Positions 48,001 through 63,000 of a DNA stretch of 64,000 bases are shown piece after piece; position 1 is the first letter of the stretch, and the number at the start of each line of letters is the position of its first letter. The translations under genes and the position numbers were made by a program. This stretch comes from Yuukianura sp. NJ FZ-2021 (taxonomy: Eukaryota). Below the pieces are notes generated by a model, which did no database searches, was not told the DNA's origin, and saw only the letters and a list, made by a program, of their open reading frames with translations. Where the stretch lies: assembly GCA_046563655.1 (NCBI GenBank), contig CM102285.1, positions 6,138,001 through 6,202,000 of the forward strand. The letters run 5' to 3'.

Positions 48001-51000
48001 TGCGTTTGAAACACATACTTGGACTGTTTGCACTAAAAATATTTTATCGGAGCTATGGAAACGTAGCCTGCAAATGTGGTTGGAAAAATAGCTCCCACAA
48101 GATGTAGACAATTTATCCCCCACCCCACCGTCCAGAGAACGAAAGTAGAGTGCCTCAGCGAGCCGCTGTGGTAACATATCCCATAGTGGTTGTACGATCA
48201 GCGTCAACTTGAGGAACGTGCGTTTGAAACACATAATTGGACTGTTTGCACTCAAAATATTTTATCGGAGCTGTGGAAACGTAGCCTGCAAATGTCGTTG
48301 GAAAAATAGCACCCACAAGAAGTAGACAATTTATCCCCCATCCAGGGAACGAGAGTAGAGTGCATCAGCGAACTGCTGTGATAACATATCCCATTGCCGT
48401 TCTACGATCAGCGTCAACTTGAGGAACGTGCGTTTCAAACACATACTTGGACTGTTTGCACTCAAAATTTTTTATCGGAGCTGTGGAAACGTAGCCTGCA
48501 AACGTCCTTGAAAAATAGCACCCACAAGAAGTAGACAATTTATCCCCCCATCCAGGGAACGTGAGTAGAGTGCATTAGCGAGCCGCTGTGGTAACATATC
48601 CCATAGTGGTTGTACGATCAGCATAAACTTGAGGAACGTGCGTTTGAAATACATACTTGGACTGTTTGCACTAAAAATATTTTATCGGAGCTATGGAAAC
48701 GTAGCCTGCAAATGTGGTTGGAAAAATAGCGCCCACAAGAAGTAGACAATTTTATCCCCCTCCCCTTATCCAGAGAACGAGAGTAGAGTGCATCAGCGAG
48801 CCGCTGTGGTAACATATCCCATAGTCATTGTACGATCAGCGTCAACTTGAGGAACGTGCGTTTGAAACACATGCTTGGACTGTTTGCACTCAAAATTTTT
48901 TATCGGAGCTGTGGAAACGTAGCCTGCAAACGTCCTTGAAAAAATAGCACCCACAAAAAGTAGACAATTTATCCCCCCCCCCCATCCAGGGAACGTGAGT
49001 AGAGTGCATTAGCGAGCGGCTGTGGTAACATATCCCATAGTGGTTGTACGATCAGCATAAACTTGAGGAACGTGCGTTTGAAACACATACTTGGACTGTT
49101 TGCACTAAAAATATTTTATCGGAGCTATGGAAACGTAGCCTGCAAATGTGGTTGGAAAAATAGCTCCCACAAGATGTAGACAATTTATCCCCCACCCCAC
49201 CGTCCAGAGAACGAGAGTAGCGTGCCTCAGCGAGCCGCTGTGGTAACATATCCCATAGTGGTTGTACGATCAGCGTCAACTTGAGGAACGTGCGTTTGAA
49301 ACACATAATTGGACTGTTTGCACTCAAAATATTTTATCGGAGCTGTGGAAACGTAGCCTGCAAATGTCGTTGGAAAAATAGCACCCACAAGAAGTAGACA
49401 ATTTATCCCCCATCCAGGGAACGAGAGTAGAGTGCATCAGCGAACTGCTGTGATAACATATCCCATTGCCGTTCTACGATCAGCGTCAACTTGAGGAACG
49501 TGCGTTTGAAACACATACTTGGACTGTTTGCACTCAAAATTTTTTATCGGAGCTGTGGAAACGTAGCCTGCAAATGTCGTTGGAAAAATAGCACCCACAA
49601 GAAGTAGACAATTTATCCCCCCCCCCCATCCAGGGAACGAGAGTAGAGTGCCTCAGCGAGCCGCTGTGGTAACATATCCCATAGTGGTTGTACGATCAGC
49701 GTCAACTTGAGGAACGTGCGTTTGAAACACATAATTGGACTGTTTGCACTCAAAATATTTTATCGGAGCCGTGGAAACGTAGCCTGCAAATGTCGTTGGA
49801 AAAATAGCACCCACAAGAAGTAGACAATTTATCCCCCCCCCCCCATCCAGGGAACGAGAGTAGAGTGCATCAGCGAACTGCTGTGATAACATATCCCATT
49901 GCCGTTCTACGATCAGCGTCAACTTGAGGAACGTGCGTTTGAAACACATACTTGGACTGTTTGCACTCAAAATTTTTTATCGGAGCTGTGGAAGCGTAGC
50001 CTGCAAACGTCCTTGAAAAAATAGCACCCACAAGAAGTAGACAATTTATCCCCCATCCAGAGAACGAGAGTAGAGTGCATCAGCGAGCCGCTGTGGTAGC
50101 AATCACATAGTCGTTGTACGATCAGCGTCAACTTGAGGAACGTGCGTTTGAAACACATACTTGGACTGTTTGCCCTCAAAATTTTTTATCGGAGCTGCGG
50201 AAACGTAGCCTGCAAATGTCGTTGAAAAATAGCACCCACAAGAAGTAGACAATTTATCCCCCCCACCGTCCAGAGAACGAGAGTAGAGTGCCTCAGCGAG
50301 CCGCTGTGGTAACATATCCCATAGTCGTTGTACGATCAGCGTCAACTTGAGGAACGTGCGTTTGAAACACATACTTGGACTGTTTGCACTCAAAATTTTT
50401 TATCGGAGCTGTGGAAACGTAGCCTGCAAATGTCGTTGGAAAAATAGCACCCACAAGAAGTAGACAATTTATCCCCCCCCCACATCCAGGGAACGAGAGT
50501 AGAGTGCATCAGCGAACTGCTGTGATAACATATCCCATTGCCGTTCTACGATCAGCGTCAACTTGAGGAACGTGCGTTTGAAACACATACTTGGACTGTT
50601 TGCACTCAAAATTTTTTATCGGAGCTGTGGAAACGTAGCCTGCAAATGTCGTTGGAAAAATAGCACCCACAAGAAGTAGACAATTTATCCCCCCCATCCA
50701 GGGAACGAGAGTAGAGTGCCTCAGCGAGCCGCTGTGGTAACATATCCCATAGTGGTTGTACGATCAGCGTCAACTTGAGGAACGTGCATTTGAAACACAT
50801 GCTTGGACTGTTTGCACTCAAAATTTTTTATCGGAGCTGTGGAAACGTAGCCTGCAAATGTCGTTGGAAAAATAGCACCCACAAGAAGTAGACAATTTAT
50901 CCCCCCCCCCATCCAGGGAACGAGAGTAGAGTGCATCAGCGAACTGCTGTGATAACATATCCCATTGCCGTTCTACGATCAGCGTCAACTTGAGGAACGT

Positions 51001-54000
51001 GCGTTTGAAACACATACTTGGACTGTTTGCACTCAAAATTTTTTATCGGAGCTGTGGAAACGTAGCCTGCAAATGTCGTTGGAAAAATAGCACCCACAAG
51101 AAGTAGACAATTTATCCCCCCCATCCAGGGAACGAGAGTAGAGTGCATCAGCGAACTGCTGTGATAACATATCCCATTGCCGTTCTACGATCAGCGTCAA
51201 CTTGAGGAACGTGCGTTTGAAACACATACTTGGACTGTTTGCACTCAAAATTTTTTATCGGAGCTGTGGAAACGTAGCCTGCAAATGTCGTTGGAAAAAT
51301 AGCACCCACAAGAAGTAGACAATTTATCCCTCCCTCCCCTCATCCAGGGAACGAGAGTAGAGTGCCTCAGCGAGCCGCTGTGGTAACATATCCCATAGTG
51401 GTTGTACGATCAGCGTCAACTTGAGGAACGTGCATTTGAAACACATGCTTGGACTGTTTGCACTCAAAATTTTTTATCGGAGCTGTGGAAACGTAGCCTG
51501 CAAACGTCCTTGAAAAAATAGCACCCACAAGAAGTAGACAATTTATCCCCCCCCATCCAGGGAACGTGAGTAGAGTGCATTAGCGAGCGGCTGTGGTAAC
51601 ATATCCCATAGTGGTTGTACGATCAGCATAAACTTGAGGAACGTGCGTTTGAAACACATACTTGGACTGTTTGCACTAAAAATATTTTATCGGAGCTATG
51701 GAAACGTAGCCTGCAAATGTGGTTGGAAAAATAGCTCCCACAAGATGTAGACAATTTATCCCCCACCCCACCGTCCAGAGAACGAGAGTAGAGTGCCTCA
51801 GCGAGCCGCTGTGGTAACATATCCCATAGTGGTTGTACGATCAGCGTCAACTTGAGGAACGTGCGTTTGAAACACATAATTGGACTGTTTGCACTCAAAA
51901 TATTTTATCGGAGCTGTGGAAACGTAGCCTGCAAATGTCGTTGGAAAAATAGCACCCACAAGAAGTAGACAATTTATCCCCCCCCATCCAGGGAACGAGA
52001 GTAGAGTGCATCAGCGAACTGCTGTGATAACATATCCCATTGCCGTTCTACGATCAGCGTCAACTTGAGGAACGTGCGTTTGAAACACATACTTGGACTG
52101 TTTGCACTCAAAATTTTTTATCGGAGCTGTGGAAACGTAGCCTGCAAATGTCGTTGGAAAAATAGCACCCACAAGAAGTAGACAATTTATCCCCCCCCCC
52201 CATCCAGGGAACGAGAGTAGAGTGCCTCAGCGAGCCGCTGTGGTAACATATCCCATAGTGGTTGTACGATCAGCGTCAACTTGAGGAACGTGCGTTTGAA
52301 ACACATAATTGGACTGTTTGCACTCAAAATATTTTATCGGAGCTGTGGAAACGTAGCCTGCAAATGTCGTTGGAAAAATAGCACCCACAAGAAGTAGACA
52401 ATTTATCCCCCCCATCCAGGGAACGAGAGTAGAGTGCATCAGCGAACTGCTGTGATAACATATCCCATTGCCGTTCTACGATCAGCGTCAACTTGAGGAA
52501 CGTGCGTTTGAAACACATACTTGGACTGTTTGCACTCAAAATTTTTTATCGGAGCTGTGGAAACGTAGCCTGCAAATGTCGTTGGAAAAATAGCACCCAC
52601 AAGAAGTAGACAATTTATCCCCATCCAGGGAACGAGAGTAGAGTGCATCAGCGAACTGCTGTGATAACATATCCCATTGCCGTTCTACGATCAGCGTCAA
52701 CTTGAGGAACGTGCGTTTGAAACACATACTTGGACTGTTTGCACTCAAAATTTTTTATCGGAGCTGTGGAAACGTAGCCTGCAAATGTCGTTGGAAAAAT
52801 AGCACCCACAAGAAGTAGACAATTTATCCCCCCCATCCAGGGAACGAGAGTAGAGTGCCTCAGCGAGCCGCTGTGGTAACATATCCCATAGTGGTTGTAC
52901 GATCAGCGTCAACTTGAGGAACGTGCATTTGAAACACATGCTTGGACTGTTTGCACTCAAAATTTTTTATCGGAGCTGTGGAAACGTAGCCTGCAAACGT
53001 CCTTGAAAAAATAGCACCCACAAGAAGTAGACAATTTATCCCCCCCCCCCATCCAGAGAACGAGAGTAGAGTGCATCAGCGAGCCGCTGTGGTAGCAATC
53101 ACATAGTCGTTGTACGATTAGCGTCAACTTGAGGAACGTGCGTTTGAAACACATAATTGGACTGTTTGCACTCAAAATATTTTATCGGAGCTGTGGAAAC
53201 GTAGCCTGCAAATGTCGTTGGAAAAATAGCACCCACAAGAAGTAGACAATTTATCCCCCCCATCCAGGGAACGAGAGTAGAGTGCATCAGCGAACTGCTG
53301 TGATAACATATCCCATTGCCGTTCTACGATCAGCGTCAACTTGAGGAACGTGCGTTTGAAACACATACTTGGACTGTTTGCACTCAAAATTTTTTATCGG
53401 AGCTGTGGAAACGTAGCCTGCAAATGTCGTTGGAAAAATAGCACCCACAAGAAGTAGACAATTTATCCCCCCCCCCCATCCAGGGAACGAGAGTAGAGTG
53501 CATCAGCGAACTGCTGTGATAACATATCCCATTGCCGTTCTACGATCAGCGTCAACTTGAGGAACGTGCGTTTGAAACACATACTTGGACTGTTTGCACT
53601 CAAAATTTTTTATCGGAGCTGTGGAAACGTAGCCTGCAAATGTCGTTGGAAAAATAGCACCCACAAGAAGTAGACAATTTATCCCCCCCCCCATCCAGGG
53701 AACGAGAGTAGGGTGCCTCAGCGACCCGCTGTGGTAACATATCCCATAGTGGTTGTACGATCAGCGTCAACTTGAGGAACGTGCATTTGAAACACATGCT
53801 TGGACTGTTTGCACTCAAAATTTTTTATCGGAGCTGTGGAAACGTAGCCTGCAAACGTCCTTGAAAAAATAGCACCCACAAGAAGTAGACAATTTATCCC
53901 CCATCCAGGGAACGTGAGTAGAGTGCATTAGCGAGCGGCTGTGGTAACATATCCCATAGTGGTTGTACGATCAGCATAAACTTGAGGAACGTGCGTTTGA

Positions 54001-57000
54001 AACACATACTTGGACTGTTTGCACTAAAAATATTTTATCGGAGCTATGGAAACGTAGCCTGCAAATGTGGTTGGAAAAATAGCTCCCACAAGATGTAGAC
54101 AATTTATCCCCCACCCCACCGTCCAGAGAACGAGAGTAGAGTGCCTCAGCGAGCCGCTGTGGTAACATATCCCATAGTGGTTGTACGATCAGCGTCAACT
54201 TGAGGAACGTGCGTTTGAAACACATAATTGGACTGTTTGCACTCAAAATATTTTATCGGAGCTGTGGAAACGTAGCCTGCAAATGTCGTTGGAAAAATAG
54301 CACCCACAAGAAGTAGACAATTTATCCCCCCCATCCAGGGAACGAGAGTAGAGTGCATCAGCGAACTGCTGTGATAACATATCCCATTGCCGTTCTACGA
54401 TCAGCGTCAACTTGAGGAACGTGCGTTTGAAACACATACTTGGACTGTTTGCACTCAAAATTTTTTATCGGAGCTGTGGAAACGTAGCCTGCAAATGTCG
54501 TTGGAAAAATAGCACCCACAAGAAGTAGACAATTTATTCCCCCCATCCAGGGAACGAGAGTAGAGTGCCTCAGCGAGCCGCTGTGGTAACATATCCCATA
54601 GTGGTTGTACGATCAGCGTCAACTTGAGGAACGTGCATTTGAAACACATGCTTGGACTGTTTGCACTCAAAATTTTTTATCGGAGCAGTGGAAACGTAGC
54701 CTGCAAACGTCCTTGAAAAAATAGCACCCACAAGAAGTAGACAATTTATCCCCCCCATCCAGAGAACGAGAGTAGAGTGCATCAGCGAGCCGCTGTGGTA
54801 GCAATCACATAGTCGTTGTACGATTAGCGTCAACTTGAGGAACGTGCGTTTGAAACACATACTTGGACTGTTTGCACTCAAAATATTTTATCGGAGCTGT
54901 GGAAACGTAGCCTGCAAATGTCGTTGGAAAAATAGCGCCCACAAGAAGTAGACAATTTTATCCCTCCCTCCCCCCATCCAGAGAACGAGAGTAGAGTGCA
55001 TCAGCGAGCCGCTGTGGTAACATATCCCATAGTCGTTGTACGATCAGCATAAACTTGAGGAACGTGCGTTTGAAACACATACTTGGACTGTTTGCACTAA
55101 AAATATTTTATCGGAGCTATGGAAACGTAGCCTGCAAATGTGGTTGGAAAAATAGCTCCCACAAGATGTAGACAATTTATCCCCCACCCCACCGTCCAGA
55201 GAACGAGAGTAGAGTGCCTCAGCGAGCCGCTGTGGTAACATATCCCATAGTGGTTGTACGATCAGCGTCAACTTGAGGAACGTGCGTTTGAAACACATAA
55301 TTGGACTGTTTGCACTCAAAATATTTTATCGGAGCTGTGGAAACGTAGCCTGCAAATGTCGTTGGAAAAATAGCACCCACAAGAAGTAGACAATTTATCC
55401 CCCCCATCCAGGGAACGAGAGTAGAGTGCATCAGCGAACTGCTGTGATAACATATCCCATTGCCGTTCTACGATCAGCGTCAACTTGAGGAACGTGCGTT
55501 TGAAACACATACTTGGACTGTTTGCACTCAAAATTTTTTATCGGAGCTGTGGAAACGTAGCCTGCAAATGTCGTTGGAAAAATAGCACCCACAAGAAGTA
55601 GACAATTTATCCCCCCCCCCCATCCAGGGAACGAGAGTAGAGTGCCTCAGCGAGCCGCTGTGGTAACATATCCCATAGTGGTTGTACGATCAGCGTCAAC
55701 TTGAGGAACGTGCATTTGAAACACATGCTTGGACTGTTTGCACTCAAAATTTTTTATCGGAGCAGTGGAAACGTAGCCTGCAAACGTCCTTGAAAAAATA
55801 GCACCCACAAGAAGTAGACAATTTATCCCCCCCCCCCATCCAGAGAACGAGAGTAGAGTGCATCAGCGAGCCGCTGTGGTAGCAATCACATAGTCGTTGT
55901 ACGATTAGCGTCAACTTGAGGAACGTGCGTTTGAAACACATACTTGGACTGTTTGCACTCAAAATATTTTATCGGAGCTGTGGAAACGTAGCCTGCAAAT
56001 GTCGTTGGAAAAATAGCGCCCACAAGAAGTAGACAATTTTATCCCCTCCCCCCACCTAGAGAACGAGAGTAGAGTGCATCAGCGAGCCGCTGTGGTAACA
56101 TATCACATAGTCGTTGTACGATCAGCGTCAACTTGAGGAACGTGCGTTTGAAACACATACTTGGACTGTTTGCCCTCAAAATTTTTTATCGGAGCTGTGG
56201 AAACGTAGCCTGCAAATGTCGTTGGAAAAATAGCACCTACAAGAAGTAGACAATTTATCCCCCCCCCCCCCCACCGTCCAGAGAACGAGAGTAGAGTGCA
56301 TCAGCGAGCCGCTGTGATAGCAATCACATAGTCGTTGTACGATCAGCGTCAACTTGAGGAACGTGCGTTTGAAACACATACTTGGACTGTTTGCACTAAA
56401 AATATTTTATCGGAGCTGTGGAAACGTAGCCTGCAAATGTGGTTGGAAAAATAGCGCCCACAAGAAGTAGACAATTTTATCCCCCTCCCCCACCTAGAGA
56501 ACGAGAGTAGAGTGCATCAGCGAGCCGCTGTGGTAACATATCACACAGTCGTTGTACGATCAGCGTCAACTTGAGGAACGTGCGTTTGAAACACATACTT
56601 GGACTGTTTGCACTCAAAATATTTTATCGGAGCTATGGAAACGTAGCATGCAAATGTGGTTGGAAAAATAGCGCCCACAAGCAGTAGACAATTTATCCCC
56701 CCACCGTCCAGAGAACGAGAGTAGAGTGCCTCAACGAGCCGCTGTGGTAACATATCCCATAGTGGTTGTACGATCAGCGTCAACTTGAGGAACGTGCGTT
56801 GAAACACATACTTGGACTGTTTGCACTCAAAATTTTTTATCGGAGCTGTGGAAACGTAGCCTGCAAATGTCGTTGGAAAATAGCACCCACAAGAAGTAGA
56901 CAATTTATCCCCCCCCCCCCCATCCAGGGAACGAGAGTAGAGTGCATCAGCGAACAGCTGTGATAACATATCCCATTGTCGTTCTACGCTCAGCGTCAAC

Positions 57001-60000
57001 TTGAGGAACGTGCGTTTGAAACACATACTTGGACTGTTTGCCCTCAAAATTTTTTATCGGAGCTGTGGAAACGTAGCCTGCAAACGTCCTTGAAAAAATA
57101 GCACCCACAAGAACTAGACAATTTATCCCCCCCCCCCCATCCAGAGAACGAGAGTAGAGTGCATCAGCGAGCCGCTGTGGTAGCAATCTTATAGTCGTTG
57201 TACGATCAGCGTCAACTTGAGGAACGTGCGTTTGAAACACATACTTGGACTGTTTGCCCTCAAAATTTTTTATCGGAGCTGCGGAAACGTAGCCTGCAAA
57301 TGTCGTTGGAAAAATAGCGCCCACAAGAAGTAGACAATTTTATCCCCCCTCCCCCCACCTAGAGAACGAGAGTAGAGTGCATCAGCGAGCCGCTGTGGTA
57401 ACATATCACACAGTCGTTGTACGATCAGCGTCAACTTGAGGAACGTGCGTTTGAAACACATACTTGGACTGTTTGCACTCAAAATATTTTATCGGAGCTA
57501 TGGAAACGTAGCATGCAAATGTGGTTGGAAAAATAGCGCCCACAAGCAGTAGACAATTTATCCCCCCACCGTCCAGAGAACGAGAGTAGAGTGCCTCAAC
57601 GAGCCGCTGTGGTAACATATCCCATAGTGGTTGTACGATCAGCGTCAACTTGAGGAACGTGCGTTGAAACACATACTTGGACTGTTTGCACTCAAAATTT
57701 TTTATCGGAGCTGTGGAAACGTAGCCTGCAAATGTCGTTGGAAAAATAGCGCCCACAAGAAGTAGACAATTTTATCCCCCCTCCCCCCACCTAGAGAACG
57801 AGAGTAGAGTGCATCAGCGAGCCGCTGTGGTAACATATCACACAGTCGTTGTACGATCAGCGTCAACTTGAGGAACGTGCGTTTGAAACACATACTTGGA
57901 CTGTTTGCACTCAAAATATTTTATCGGAGCTATGGAAACGTAGCATGCAAATGTGGTTGGAAAAATAGCGCCCACAAGCAGTAGACAATTTATCCCCCCC
58001 CCCCACCGTCCAGAGAACGAGAGTAGAGTGCCTCAACGAGCCGCTGTGGTAACATATCCCATAGTGGTTGTACGATCAGCGTCAACTTGAGGAACGTGCG
58101 TTGAAACACATACTTGGACTGTTTGCACTCAAAATTTTTTATCGGAGCTGTGGAAACGTAGCCTGCAAATGTCGTTGGAAAATAGCACCCACAAGAAGTA
58201 GACAATTTATCCCCCCCCCCCCCATCCAGGGAACGAGAGTAGAGTGCATCAGCGAACAGCTGTGATAACATATCCCATTGTCGTTCTACGCTCAGCGTCA
58301 ACTTGAGGAACGTGCGTTTGAAACACATACTTGGACTGTTTGCCCTCAAAATTTTTTATCGGAGCTGTGGAAACGTAGCCTGCAAACGTCCTTGAAAAAA
58401 TAGCACCCACAAGAACTAGACAATTTATCCCCATCCAGAGAACGAGAGTAGAGTGCATCAGCGAGCCGCTGTGGTAGCAATCTTATAGTCGTTGTACGAT
58501 CAGCGTCAACTTGAGGAACGTGCGTTTGAAACACATACTTGGACTGTTTGCCCTCAAAATTTTTTATCGGAGCTGCGGAAACGTAGCCTGCAAATGTCGT
58601 TGGAAAAATAGCGCCCACAAGAAGTAGACAATTTTATCCCCCTCCCCCACCTAGAGAACGAGAGTAGAGTGCATCAGCGAGCCGCTGTGGTAACATATCA
58701 CACAGTCGTTGTACGATCAGCGTCAACTTGAGGAACGTGCGTTTGAAACACATACTTGGACTGTTTGCACTCAAAATATTTTATCGGAGCTATGGAAACG
58801 TAGCATGCAAATGTGGTTGGAAAAATAGCGCCCACAAGCAGTAGACAATTTATCCCCCCCCCCCCCACCGTCCAGAGAACGAGAGTAGAGTGCCTCAACG
58901 AGCCGCTGTGGTGACATATCCCATAGTGGTTGTACGATCAGCGTCAACTTGAGGAACGTGCGTTGAAACACATACTTGGACTGTTTGCACTCAAAATTTT
59001 TTATCGGAGCTGTGGAAACGTAGCCTGCAAATGTCGTTGGAAAATAGCACCCACAAGAAGTAGACAATTTATCCCCCCCCCCCCATCCAGGGAACGAGAG
59101 TAGAGTGCATCAGCGAACAGCTGTGATAACATATCCCATTGTCGTTCTACGCTCAGCGTCAACTTGAGGAACGTGCGTTTGAAACACATACTTGGACTGT
59201 TTGCCCTCAAAATTTTTTATCGGAGCTGTGGAAACGTAGCCTGCAAACGTCCTTGAAAAATAGCACCCACAAGAACTAGACAATTTATCCCCCCCCCCCA
59301 TCCAGAGAACGAGAGTAGAGTGCATCAGCGAGCCGCTGTGGTAGCAATCTTATAGTCGTTGTACGATCAGCGTCAACTTGAGGAACGTGCGTTTGAAACA
59401 CATACTTGGACTGTTTGCCCTCAAAATTTTTTATCGGAGCTGCGGAAACGTAGCCTGCAAATGTCGTTGGAAAAATAGCACCCACAAGAAGTAGACAATT
59501 TATCCCCCCCCCCCCATCCAGGGAACGAGAGTAGAGTGCATCAGCGAACTGCTGTGATAACATATCCCATTGCCGTTCTACGATCAGCGTCAACTTGAGG
59601 AACGTGCGTTTGAAACACATACTTGGACTGTTGGCACTCAAAATTTTTTATCGGAGCTGTGGAAACGTAGCCTGCAAATGTCGTTGGAAAAATAGCACCC
59701 ACAAGAAGTAGACAATTTATCCCCCCCCCATCCAGGGAACGAGAGTAGAGTGCCTCAGCGAGCCGCTGTGGTAACATATCCCATAGTGGTTGTACGATCA
59801 GCGTCAACTTGAGGAACGTGCATTTGAAACACATGCTTGGACTGTTTGCACTCAAAATTTTTTATCGGAGCTGTGGAAACGTAGCCTGCAAACGTCCTTG
59901 AAAAAATAGCACCCACAAGAAGTAGACAATTTATCCCCCCCCCCCCATCCAGAGAACGAGAGTAGAGTGCATCAGCGAGCCGCTGTGGTAGCAATCACAT

Positions 60001-63000
60001 AGTCGTTGTACGATTAGCGTCAACTTGAGGAACGTGCGTTTGAAACACATACTTGGACTGTTTGCACTCAAAATATTTTATCGGAGCTGTGGAAACGTAG
60101 CCTGCAAATGTCGTTGGAAAAATAGCGCCCACAAGAAGTAGACAATTTTATCCCCCCCTCCCCCCACCTAGAGAACGAGAGTAGAGTGCATCAGCGAGCC
60201 GCTGTGGTAACATATCACATAGTCGTTGTACGATCAGCGTCAACTTGAGGAACGTGCGTTTGAAACACATACTTGGACTGTTTGCCCTCAAAATTTTTTA
60301 TCGGAGCTGTGGAAACGTAGCCTGCAAATGTCGTTGGAAAAATAGCACCTACAAGAAGTAGACAATTTATCCCCCCCCCCCACCGTCCAGAGAACGAGAG
60401 TAGAGTGCATCAGCGAGCCGCTGTGGTAGCAATCACATAGTCGTTGTACGATTAGCGTCAACTTGAGGAACGTGCGTTTGAAACACATACTTGGACTGTT
60501 TGCACTCAAAATATTTTATCGGAGCTGTGGAAACGTAGCCTGCAAATGTCGTTGGAAAAATAGCGCCCACAAGAAGTAGACAATTTTATCCCCCTCCCCC
60601 CACCTAGAGAACGAGAGTAGAGTGCATCAGCGAGCCGCTGTGGTAACATATCACATAGTCGTTGTACGATCAGCGTCAACTTGAGGAACGTGCGTTTGAA
60701 ACACATACTTGGACTGTTTGCCCTCAAAATTTCTTATCGGAGCTGTGGAAACGTAGCCTGCAAATGTCGTTGGAAAAATAGCACCTACAAGAAGTAGACA
60801 ATTTATCCCCCCCACCGTCCAGAGAACGAGAGTAGAGTGCATCAGCGAGCCGCTGTGATAGCAATCCCATAGTCGTTGTACGATCAGCGTCAACTTGAGG
60901 AACGTGCGTTTGAAACACATACTTGGACTGTTTGCACTAAAAATATTTTATCGGAGCTGTGGAAACGTAGCCTGCAAATGTGGTTGGAAAAATAGCGCCC
61001 ACAAGAAGTAGACAATTTTATCCCCCTCCCCCACCTAGAGAACGAGAGTAGAGTGCATCAGCGAGCCGCTGTGGTAACATATCATACAGTCGTTGTACGA
61101 TCAGCGTCAACTTGAGGAACGTGCGTTTGAAACACATACTTGGACTGTTTGCACTCAAAATATTTTATCGGAGCTATGGAAACGTAGCATGCAAATGTGG
61201 TTGGAAAAATAGCGCCCACAAGCAGTAGACAATTTATCCCCCCACCGTCCAGAGAACGAGAGTAGAGTGCCTCAACGAGCCGCTGTGGTAACATATCCCA
61301 TAGTGGTTGTACGATCAGCGTCAACTTGAGGAACGTGCGTTGAAACACATACTTGGACTGTTTGCACTCAAAATTTTTTATCGGAGCTGTGGAAACGTAG
61401 CCTGCAAATGTCGTTGGAAAATAGCACCCACAAGAAGTAGACAATTTATCCCCCCCATCCAGGGAACGAGAGTAGAGTGCATCAGCGAACAGCTGTGATA
61501 ACATATCCCATTGTCGTTCTACGCTCAGCGTCAACTTGAGGAACGTGCGTTTGAAACACATACTTGGACTGTTTGCCCTCAAAATTTTTTATCGGAGCTG
61601 TGGAAACGTAGCCTGCAAACGTCCTTGAAAAAATAGCACCCACAAGAACTAGACAATTTATCCCCCCATCCAGAGAACGAGAGTAGAGTGCATCAGCGAG
61701 CCGCTGTGGTAGCAATCTTATAGTCGTTGTACGATCAGCGTCAACTTGAGGAACGTGCGTTTGAAACACATACTTGGACTGTTTGCCCTCAAAATTTTTT
61801 ATCGGAGCTGCGGAAACGTAGCCTGCAAATGTCGTTGAAAAATAGCACCCACAAGAAGTAGACAATTTATCCCCCCCACATCCAGGGAACGTGAGTAGAG
61901 TGCATTAGCGAGCCGCTGTGGTAACATATCCCATAGTGGTTGTACGATCAGCCTAAACTTGAGGAACGTGCGTTTGAAACACATACTTGGACTGTTTGCA
62001 CTAAAAATATTTTATCGGAGCTATGGAAACGTAGCCTGCAAATGTGGTTGGAAAAATAGCTCCCACAAGATGTAGACAATTTATCCCCCACCCCACCGTC
62101 CAGAGAACGAAAGTAGAGTGCCTCAGCGAGCCGCTGTGGTAACATATCCCATAGTGGTTGTACGATCAGCGTCAACTTGAGGAACGTGCGTTTGAAACAC
62201 ATACTTGGACTGTTTGCCCTCAAAATTTTTTATCGGAGCTGTGGAAACGTAGCCTGCAAACGTCCTTGAAAAAATAGCACCCACAAGAACTAGACAATTT
62301 ATCCCCCCCCCCCATCCAGAGAACGAGAGTAGAGTGCATCAGCGAGCCGCTGTGGTAGCAATCTTATAGTCGTTGTACGATCAGCGTCAACTTGAGGAAC
62401 GTGCGTTTGAAACACATACTTGGACTGTTTGCCCTCAAAATTTTTTATCGGAGCTGCGGAAACGTAGCCTGCAAATGTCGTTGAAAAATAGCACCCACAA
62501 GAAGTAGACAATTTATCCCCCCCACATCCAGGGAACGTGAGTAGAGTGCATTAGCGAGCCGCTGTGGTAACATATCCCATAGTGGTTGTACGATCAGCCT
62601 AAACTTGAGGAACGTGCGTTTGAAACACATACTTGGACTGTTTGCACTAAAAATATTTTATCGGAGCTATGGAAACGTAGCCTGCAAATGTGGTTGGAAA
62701 AATAGCTCCCACAAGATGTAGACAATTTATCCCCCACCCCACCGTCCAGAGAACGAAAGTAGAGTGCCTCAGCGAGCCGCTGTGGTAACATATCCCATAG
62801 TGGTTGTACGATCAGCGTCAACTTGAGGAACGTGCATTTGAAACACATGCTTGGACTGTTTGCACTCAAAATTTTTTATCGGAGCTGTGGAAACGTAGCC
62901 TGCAAACGTCCTTGAAAAAATAGCACCCACAAGAAGTAGACAATTTATCCCCCCCCCCATCCAGAGAACGAGAGTAGAGTGCATCAGCGAGCCGCTGTGG